DNA of 64,000 nt from assembly GCA_963808745.1 (NCBI GenBank), contig CAWEGX010000003.1, positions 466,197-530,196 on the forward strand, read 5' to 3'. This document shows, piece after piece, positions 57,679-64,000 of the stretch. A model generated the notes under the pieces. The model did not search any database, was not told where the DNA came from, and saw nothing but the letters and a program-made list of their open reading frames with translations. Every line of letters starts with the position of its first letter. Position 1 is the stretch's first letter. This DNA comes from an uncultured Bacteroidales bacterium (GTDB taxonomy: Bacteria > Bacteroidota > Bacteroidia > Bacteroidales > UBA10428). The position numbers and the translations under genes are program-made.

Positions 57679-58218
57679 ATGACAACATCTAACAAAACAA
57701 AATGGCTGATCGATCCTGCCCATACCCAAATACAGTTTAAAGTGAAACATCTGGTTATTTCCAATGTCACAGGAAGTTTTGACAAATTTGAAGGCGGGAT
57801 GGAATCAAGCCGGGAAGATTTTGCCGATGCCGAAGTCTGGTTTTCGGCTGATGCAGCCAGTATTAATACCGGCATGGTTGACAGGGACAATCATTTGAGA
57901 TCAGCTGATTTCTTTGATGCAGCCAATTATCCGAAACTTACCTTTAAATCTACAAGCATTCAAAAGAAAGATGCAGAAAAATATAAACTTATCGGTGATC
58001 TGACAATCAGGGGAACCAGCCATCCGATAGAACTTGATATGGAATATGGCGGCATGATGAAGGATCCCTGGGGGAATACAAAGGCCGGGTTTGAACTGAC
58101 CGGAAAATTTAACCGTAAAGAATATGGTCTCAACTGGAATGCCATTACCGAAGCCGGTGGATTAGTTGTAAGTGAAGATGTTAAAACATTAATAAACGTT
58201 GAAGTGAGCCGTCAGTAA
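57679..58218 (+). CDS. YceI family polyisoprenoid-binding protein
   Basis: 'WLIDPAHTQIQFKVKHLVISNVTGSF' and 'LTIRGTSHPIELD' are YceI hallmarks. Confidence 0.85.
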   Translation: MTTSNKTKWLIDPAHTQIQFKVKHLVISNVTGSFDKFEGGMESSREDFADAEVWFSADAASINTGMVDRDNHLRSADFFDAANYPKLTFKSTSIQKKDAEKYKLIGDLTIRGTSHPIELDMEYGGMMKDPWGNTKAGFELTGKFNRKEYGLNWNAITEAGGLVVSEDVKTLINVEVSRQ

Positions 58219-58230
58219 GGAGGATACATT

Positions 58231-58947
58231 ATGAAAACGATTTTGCACCGGGCAGGTACCCGTGGGCATGCCAGCCACGGCTGGCTTGAAAGTTACCATA
58301 CATTCAGTTTTGCCGATTATTTCGATCCGGGGCGCATTCATTTTGGCGCCCTCCGGGTTTTAAATGATGATGATGTAGCGGGAGGAATGGGTTTTGGAAA
58401 ACATCCCCATGATAATATGGAAATCGTTACAATCATGCTCGAGGGTGAATTACGGCACGAAGACAGCATGGGACATAGCGAGATATTGCGAAAGGATGAG
58501 GTACAGGCAATGTCAGCCGGAACAGGTATTTTCCATTCAGAAGTGAATAACCTGCGCGACAAGCCTGCCAGACTGCTTCAGATATGGGTGTTTCCGGAAA
58601 GACGAAATATTACACCCCGGTATGAACAAAGGGCCTTTGATCCGCAGGAACGGAAAAACACCTGGCAGTTGCTGGTTGGGCCTAACCCTCCTGATGGTGC
58701 CCTCGACATTAAGCAGCAATCCTGGTTTTCACGGATTGACCTCGAAAAGGGAAGCCGGGTGGATTATACCCTGCATAACAAGGACAATGGGGTGTACCTT
58801 TTCATGATCAGCGGGAATACAACAATTGACAATGATCTGAAACTTGGCTACCGCGATGGTGCCGGCCTTTCCGAAACAGATAAGGTGAATATCCTTGCAG
58901 ATGAGAAATCGGAAGTGCTGGCGATTGAGGTGCCTATGATTGAGTAG
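58231..58947 (+). CDS. Pirin family protein
   Basis: 'HPHDNMEIVTIMLEGELRHEDSMG' is the cupin metal-binding region. 238 aa. Confidence 0.85.
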   Translation: MKTILHRAGTRGHASHGWLESYHTFSFADYFDPGRIHFGALRVLNDDDVAGGMGFGKHPHDNMEIVTIMLEGELRHEDSMGHSEILRKDEVQAMSAGTGIFHSEVNNLRDKPARLLQIWVFPERRNITPRYEQRAFDPQERKNTWQLLVGPNPPDGALDIKQQSWFSRIDLEKGSRVDYTLHNKDNGVYLFMISGNTTIDNDLKLGYRDGAGLSETDKVNILADEKSEVLAIEVPMIE

Positions 58948-59146
58948 GGACGAGGGACTGGGGACGAGGGACGAGGAAGAAAGTTCTGCAGTTCTGCAGT
59001 TATGCAGTTGCAGTTTTGCTGCTGCGTCAGCACATTTCATACATTAGCATTAGCACATTAGCACATTAGCACATTAGCACTTAAAACCTCAAACCTCAAA
59101 TCTCAAATTCATAATTCATCATTTATAATTCATAATTCATAATTCC
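58945..59146. repeat. Intergenic repeat mosaic K (five array families in ~200 nt)
   Basis: 'tagggacgagggactggggacgagggacgagg', 'gttctgcagttctgcagttatgcagttgcagtt', 'cacattag' x~5 (59031-59080), 'aacctcaaacctcaaatctcaaa', and 'ttcataattcatcatttataattcataattcataattcc'. Confidence 0.9.
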
Positions 59147-59186
59147 TATTACTACTTTTACAGGCACAATCCTAATTAAGTCACCA

Positions 59187-60059
59187 ATGCCCGAAAAGCG
59201 TACATTCATAAAAACCACCGAAAAGCCTTCTGTTTACAGTCATTTGGAAAAGATGAGCGTTCGTGAGCTGCTTGTCAGTATGAATAATGAAGACAAACAG
59301 GTTCCCCTGGCAGTTGAAAAGGCGCTCCCTCAAATTGAAAAGCTTGTGGAAGCCATTGTGGATTGCATGCTGGCGGGCGGACGTCTTTTTTATATCGGTG
59401 CCGGTACCAGCGGCAGACTTGGCATTCTTGATGCCAGTGAATGTCCTCCTACATATGGCGTGGAACAAGGACTGGTGGTTGGTTTAATGGCGGGCGGAGA
59501 TTCTGCCATCCGTAAAGCAGTGGAGCATGCAGAGGACGATACAAACCAGTGCTGGAAGGATCTCCAGTCATACAATATTCAGAACAGCGATGTGGTGATA
59601 GGCATTGCGGCCAGCGGGACAACGCCTTATGTGATAGGCGGGGTCACCAGTTGCCGTGAACATGGGATCATTACCGGTTGCATCACATGCAACTGCGGAT
59701 CTCCCCTGGCAGCCAATGTGGATTTTCCGGTGGAAGTGGATGCAGGTCCGGAATTTGTCACCGGAAGCACACGCATGAAATGCGGAACAGTTCAAAAACT
59801 TGTGCTGAATATGATCTCTACATCGGTGATGATCAGGCTGGGCAGGGTAGAGGATAATAAAATGGTGAATATGCAACTCACCAATAACAAGCTTGTAGAT
59901 CGGGGTACCCGCATGGTGATGGAGCAAATGAAAATCTCTGATTATGAGGAAGCGAAGGCTCTCCTGATGAAATATGGTAGTGTGAAAAAGGCTATTTTAG
60001 GGACAAGGGACAAGGGACTAGGGACTGGGCAGTTCGGAAAATCCCGGTTTAAGGATTGA
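59187..60059 (+). CDS. murQ: N-acetylmuramic acid 6-phosphate etherase
   Basis: SIS domain 'GGRLFYIGAGTSGRLGILDASECPPTYG' and 'VVIGIAASGTTPYV..'. The last ~19 codons are translated repeat array. Confidence 0.85.
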   Translation: MPEKRTFIKTTEKPSVYSHLEKMSVRELLVSMNNEDKQVPLAVEKALPQIEKLVEAIVDCMLAGGRLFYIGAGTSGRLGILDASECPPTYGVEQGLVVGLMAGGDSAIRKAVEHAEDDTNQCWKDLQSYNIQNSDVVIGIAASGTTPYVIGGVTSCREHGIITGCITCNCGSPLAANVDFPVEVDAGPEFVTGSTRMKCGTVQKLVLNMISTSVMIRLGRVEDNKMVNMQLTNNKLVDRGTRMVMEQMKISDYEEAKALLMKYGSVKKAILGTRDKGLGTGQFGKSRFKD

Positions 60060-60202
60060 TTGTCGGTAGAGGAAGAATTTACGATTTACGATTTACGATT
60101 GGAAGGCATCGACTCGTCACCGACCAATACCGAAGCTCCCTGAAAGCTAAACCCTAAACCCCTAAACCTGAACCCTAAGCCCCTAAGCCCCTAAGCCCCT
60201 AA
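59998..60202. repeat. Intergenic repeat mosaic L
   Basis: 'tagggacaagggacaagggactagggactggg', the module 'ggaaaatcccggtttaaggattgattgtcggtagagga', 'atttacgatttacgatttacgatt' (60077-60100), and 'aaaccctaaacccctaaacctgaaccctaagcccctaagcccctaagcccctaac' (60148-60202). Confidence 0.9.
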
Positions 60203-61325
60203 CATTCAACACCGGGTTGGCATAGATCTTTAAAAGGATATCCACATGTTCAGGTGTATTCAGATTCAGTGCTGACAATTCCCTGTTTACATACTGATCA
60301 AAATCAGCCTCATCTGCAGCCGAATAAAACTTTGAATATATCCTATTGTTATTCAGCCTGTCGCAGGCAATGTAGTTATTTGGCCAGAGCCTGTAATTCC
60401 GGTATATTTCAGCATCCATCAACGATGCAAGATTATTGATCTTGTCATTGAATGCAGTTGTATTCCCGGTTTCCTTCAAAAAAGTATTCACCGGATGGCC
60501 AATTGAAAGATGGATGCGTCCTTTCTGACTTGTGATACCCGTGAGAATGCTCATAAAATCCTCATTGGGAGCCTTCTGGTATGTCAGTCCTTTTAGTACA
60601 ACATTGGTTTCTTTCACTTTCAGCGCACAGCAGGGTTCGTATTCATAAGAAATCGACAGCGGTACAATATTCAATTCGGAAAAAGACTCCTCAAATGAGT
60701 TGCCCCCACTGATATTGAACATTTTCAACAGTCCGGTCTCCGTTTTGTCATTTCCATCCTTGGTACGCCCGTTTCGCTGGGCAATCCATGCCGATGTCCG
60801 CTTTTGGGTAATAGTATGACGAATATATGCCGAAAGGACCTGGGAGTTTCTGAACATTTCTTTACGGTTACCGCCCCGGTAAACCGTGAACATCCGGTTT
60901 ATTTTTCCGAAATCAACGATAAATGGATTCGACATCAGGTTACTGCCAAAAGTGATCTCTGAACTCAGATGTCCGTTATCAAAGAGCAAAACCTGTAAAA
61001 TGGCTGAATCGAGGACAATGTCGCGATGGTTCGATACGAAAAGATAGGGTGTTCCCGGAACCAGTAAATCAAATCCGCTGTAGGTTAGTCCCTTTGATGT
61101 TTTCTTTACAATAGAATTCACAAGGGGGTGCATGAACTGTTTTTGAAAATTGATGGCTGATTGAATGCCTTTCAGTTCAGCGATGATGTCCTCTTTTTTT
61201 CGGTCGGGAAAGATATACTCAAGGACCTTGCTGAATTCGGGTACATTTACAATACGATGGAGCGCCGGATTAATTTCATCATCGTTGTAAGGGCGGATAT
61301 CCTCAAAATCCTGTTCAGTATACAT
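60183..61325 (-). CDS. Glycerol/lysophospholipid acyltransferase family protein (PlsC-like)
   Basis: 'LFVSNHRDIVLDSAILQ' is an acyltransferase motif-I-like block. 380 aa. Confidence 0.6.
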   Translation of the reverse strand: MYTEQDFEDIRPYNDDEINPALHRIVNVPEFSKVLEYIFPDRKKEDIIAELKGIQSAINFQKQFMHPLVNSIVKKTSKGLTYSGFDLLVPGTPYLFVSNHRDIVLDSAILQVLLFDNGHLSSEITFGSNLMSNPFIVDFGKINRMFTVYRGGNRKEMFRNSQVLSAYIRHTITQKRTSAWIAQRNGRTKDGNDKTETGLLKMFNISGGNSFEESFSELNIVPLSISYEYEPCCALKVKETNVVLKGLTYQKAPNEDFMSILTGITSQKGRIHLSIGHPVNTFLKETGNTTAFNDKINNLASLMDAEIYRNYRLWPNNYIACDRLNNNRIYSKFYSAADEADFDQYVNRELSALNLNTPEHVDILLKIYANPVLNVRGLGA

Positions 61326-61348
61326 GAATCTCAGATTTTGATCAGCGT

Positions 61349-61840
61349 TTAATCAAGTTCTTTTTTCAGAGCGATCATTTTGATTGCCGTGATAGCTGCT
61401 TCATCGCCTTTATTGCCGTGCTTTCCCCCGGCTCTTTCCTGGGCCTGCAGCAAATCATTTGTAGTAAGCACTCCAAAAATCACCGGAATTTTATACATCA
61501 TATTGAGCTGGGTTATTCCCTGGGCGACTCCCTGGCAAATAAAATCAAAATGCCTGGTCTCACCCTGGATCACACATCCCAGGCAAATGACTGCATCAAA
61601 ATCCTCGCTTTCGGCTAAAAGCTGCGCACCAAGGGTAAGTTCAAAGCTTCCGGGAACATGTTTTACAAGTATATTTTCTGCTGAAGCACCGTGTTTCATC
61701 AATGTATTCAGCGCTGCATCACACATACCATGTGTTATTTCATGATTCCAGTCGGATACCACGATACCGAATTTCATTTCACTTGCATCGGGCACCCTGT
61801 TGGGGTCGTAACTGGACAGATTTTTTAAAGCGGTAGCCAT
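61349..61840 (-). CDS. ribH: 6,7-dimethyl-8-ribityllumazine synthase
   Basis: '[13 protein letters not shown]', '[12 protein letters not shown]', '[20 protein letters not shown]' and '[16 protein letters not shown]'. Start taken at 'MATALKNL'. Confidence 0.9.
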   Translation of the reverse strand: MATALKNLSSYDPNRVPDASEMKFGIVVSDWNHEITHGMCDAALNTLMKHGASAENILVKHVPGSFELTLGAQLLAESEDFDAVICLGCVIQGETRHFDFICQGVAQGITQLNMMYKIPVIFGVLTTNDLLQAQERAGGKHGNKGDEAAITAIKMIALKKELD

Positions 61841-61909
61841 AGCGTTATAAAATGAAAAAAGTATCAACAAATACCATTTATTGATACTTTTAAGTTAATG
61901 GATCAAAAA

Positions 61910-62596
61910 CTACTGCATTTTTATTTTCAGCGCAGTAATATATTTTTCAGCTACTTTTCCTTCCTGTGATTCAGGATAATTCTTTTTTATTGTCTCGTAA
62001 GCCTTGAGGGCTTTTTCATAATTCTTAAGCTCCTCATATACAAGTGCGGCCTTTTTCAGGTATATAGGCGAGGTAAACTCATTCTTTTTACGTTGTCCGG
62101 CCTTCATATAGAAAGAAGCGGCCTTCTCGTTATCCTTCAGTTCAGAATAACAATCACCAATTGCACCCAGGGCAACTGAACCAACTATAATATCATCGTC
62201 ATCAAATTTTTCCAGATTTTTGATGGCATCTTCAAATTGTCCGGTCTTTAAAAGGCTGATGCCGGCATAATAATGAGCCAGGTTAGCTGCCTTCGTAAAA
62301 CCATATTCATCAATGATATCAAGGAAACCATAATTGGCTCCGTCTCCATTCAGTGCCAGTTTGAATGAATCTTTTTCAAAATACTGTTCGGCAACATACA
62401 TGGCAGACTGGGCTTCGCGATTGTTGGGTTCAAGATAAAACTTCTTATAACTCAGGTATCCGCCAACTACCACGACAATGGCAAGGATTATGATGGTAAG
62501 GCTTTTTTGATTCTCTTCAATGTACTGTTCGGTGCGACTTAGTGCGTTCTCAACGGTTTGAAAACCAGCACCTGTTTCTTCTATTTTTTTACTCAT
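61910..62596 (-). CDS. Tetratricopeptide-repeat membrane-anchored protein
   Basis: An N-terminal TM segment 'LTIIILAIVVVVGGYL' is followed by TPR-like helices ('AHYYAGISLLKTGQFEDAIKNLEKF', 'ALVYEELKNYEKALKAYETI'). Confidence 0.7.
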   Translation of the reverse strand: MSKKIEETGAGFQTVENALSRTEQYIEENQKSLTIIILAIVVVVGGYLSYKKFYLEPNNREAQSAMYVAEQYFEKDSFKLALNGDGANYGFLDIIDEYGFTKAANLAHYYAGISLLKTGQFEDAIKNLEKFDDDDIIVGSVALGAIGDCYSELKDNEKAASFYMKAGQRKKNEFTSPIYLKKAALVYEELKNYEKALKAYETIKKNYPESQEGKVAEKYITALKIKMQ

Positions 62597-62803
62597 TTAT
62601 GCTTCATTTTTTCGGACAGATCGCAAATGTAATTTTTTTTATTATTTGTACGAGAAGAAACCGCATATTTTATTTTCTGATCAGGCAATTTAACCCTTTT
62701 TTATTTATTTGAGGAGGGGGATCGTCTTAAGTGTCATAATTTGTAACACTACTGCAAGTTCTTCCGTTTATAAGTTTTAAGATCAGCATTAACAACCATT
62801 GAA

Positions 62804-64000
62804 ATGAGTATAAAGGAAGAAATGCCAACAGTTGATTCACCCAGGGAAGCGATGAGCTTTTCTCAGAAGCTGAAATCCCTGAGTGTACGCTGGAAGATAA
62901 GGATTGCCTACTGGGCCGGGATCCTTCTTACTGCCTGCCTGGTCATCATTATGGTGAGCACATTTCAGCGCAGAGCAGCTATTCATCATGCTTATGACAA
63001 AGTATACCTGTTGAGGAGCGTAAAAACAAAACTCGCTGAAGCCTGGTTTGAACGACTGTCGGATAAAATATCAGATTTCGCTTCCGATCCGAAAATGATT
63101 GATATGCAAAACCAGTTGACCGAAACATTTTTGAATATTGAAAACGATAACTATTCTACACCGGGTGCAGAAACTCCGGATAAAGTCAATTCACTGCTTG
63201 AAGGCTATTATACTACTGAAGTAATTCCCGTTCTTGAAAACAGGATGGATAAGAAAATTCCTTTGAGTTCGGTATTGCCTTCCGACAATAAGCAGCATAT
63301 ATTGCAGTACCTGTATATCGCTGCCAATACTAAGCCATTTGGTTCAAAACTTGGAATAAACAAGGCCGCAGATGGAAGTTCATACAGCTCACTTCATGGG
63401 CAATTCCAGCCTGGCATGGTGAAATATGCCAAAGAAACCGGAATCTCGGATATCTTTTTTGTGGATTACAAAAGTGGATATGTGGTTTACTCCCTGCAGA
63501 AAAATCCTGATTTTGCCACGAACCTGTATGATGGCCCATACCATAACTCGGGACTGGGACTGGCTTTTAAGGCTGCCATCGGACTTCCGGCAGGCTCATT
63601 TCAGATTACGGATGAATCATTATACGCAGGCGACTTGCTGCAACCAGCTCTTTTTATTTCTGCACCCTTGTTTGAGGGAAATGAAATAAAGGGGGCCGTT
63701 GTTTTTGCGGTTAGTGCATCTTCCCTTGATGGGATTCTTGCCATGGATAAAGATGATGAGGCCGGTATTCCGGGACTGAAATCATTTTTTATTGGTCCTG
63801 ATCTGTTGTACAGAAATAACGATCCGTCACTGGTTTTGGAATCCGAACGGTATGTGCGCCGTATGAAGAGGCTTGCTGACAATGGCAGGGCTTATTCGCA
63901 GGTTGAAAAGTTGAAAACTACAGCAATGGTCCAGCAGGTGAATTCACTGGCTTTTGCCGATGGTCTTGGAGGAAAGGAAAGACTGAAGGAATACCGGACA
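62804..64000 (+). CDS. Membrane sensor protein, N-terminal TM + extracytoplasmic Cache-like domain; 3' end outside the window
   Basis: An open frame of 399 codons runs from the ATG at 62804 to the window end and is not in the ORF track because it lacks a stop. The TM segment is 'IAYWAGILLTACLVIIMV'. The output domain is not visible. Confidence 0.6.
   Translation, partial: MSIKEEMPTVDSPREAMSFSQKLKSLSVRWKIRIAYWAGILLTACLVIIMVSTFQRRAAIHHAYDKVYLLRSVKTKLAEAWFERLSDKISDFASDPKMIDMQNQLTETFLNIENDNYSTPGAETPDKVNSLLEGYYTTEVIPVLENRMDKKIPLSSVLPSDNKQHILQYLYIAANTKPFGSKLGINKAADGSSYSSLHGQFQPGMVKYAKETGISDIFFVDYKSGYVVYSLQKNPDFATNLYDGPYHNSGLGLAFKAAIGLPAGSFQITDESLYAGDLLQPALFISAPLFEGNEIKGAVVFAVSASSLDGILAMDKDDEAGIPGLKSFFIGPDLLYRNNDPSLVLESERYVRRMKRLADNGRAYSQVEKLKTTAMVQQVNSLAFADGLGGKERLKEYRT

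Noticed and set aside
60148-60202. Telomere-like 'aaaccctaaacccctaaacc...' (resembles plant-type CCCTAAA repeats), possible eukaryotic contamination or linear-replicon end
   Set aside because: There are only two or three degenerate units, and they grade into the CCCCTAAG octamer family seen at 55737. The sequence is internal, flanked by ordinary bacterial genes, and overlaps a bacterial CDS end.

Overview
This 64-kb window looks like Bacteroidota chromosome. It has a SusC/SusD pair, several T9SS (Por) C-terminal sorting domains, TAT and lipoprotein signals, and an ECF sigma/anti-sigma pair. Most genes are on the minus strand.

**1-17 kb.** Redox and housekeeping genes: an MDR dehydrogenase, an F420-type reductase, a Crp/Fnr regulator, an MBL hydrolase, a Gfo/Idh/MocA oxidoreductase and a Mur ligase. 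Two diverged beta-helix paralogs sit next to a nearly identical ~0.4-kb duplication. There are several gene relics, a HigB/HigA toxin-antitoxin pair and a tRNA-Met(CAU) with its terminator.

**17-34 kb.** A heavily frameshifted lipoprotein serpin, a beta-helix protein and a DUF1080 protein. These are followed by an ECF sigma / anti-sigma / 2x DUF4097 / FtsX-permease cluster, CBM9-like and DUF5916 proteins, a serine hydrolase and rsgA.

**34.7-53.0 kb.** A minus-strand polysaccharide utilisation locus. It contains a CBM9-T9SS protein, SusC, SusD, a CBM9-Fn3-clan-A glycosidase with a T9SS tail, GH43, GH78 and a cellulase-like protein. Its regulator is unusual: a double beta-propeller/Y_Y_Y sensor fused to an IS1595-type transposase zinc-ribbon DNA-binding domain, in place of kinase/receiver/AraC modules.

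**53-64 kb.** A UDG-like protein, a CE15-like esterase, a racemase, an AraC regulator, YceI, pirin, MurQ, an acyltransferase, RibH, a TPR protein and a partial sensor.

**Main non-genic signal.** Twelve intergenic spacers between 17.2 and 60.2 kb are built from concatenated 7- and 8-nt tandem-repeat arrays. The arrays come from a shared vocabulary, together with recurring hairpin modules. They start at or contain the stop codons of 12 genes and encode the last residues of several proteins.

**Caveat.** About a dozen genes carry single-base frameshifts. From the sequence alone I cannot tell assembly indels from real pseudogenes.
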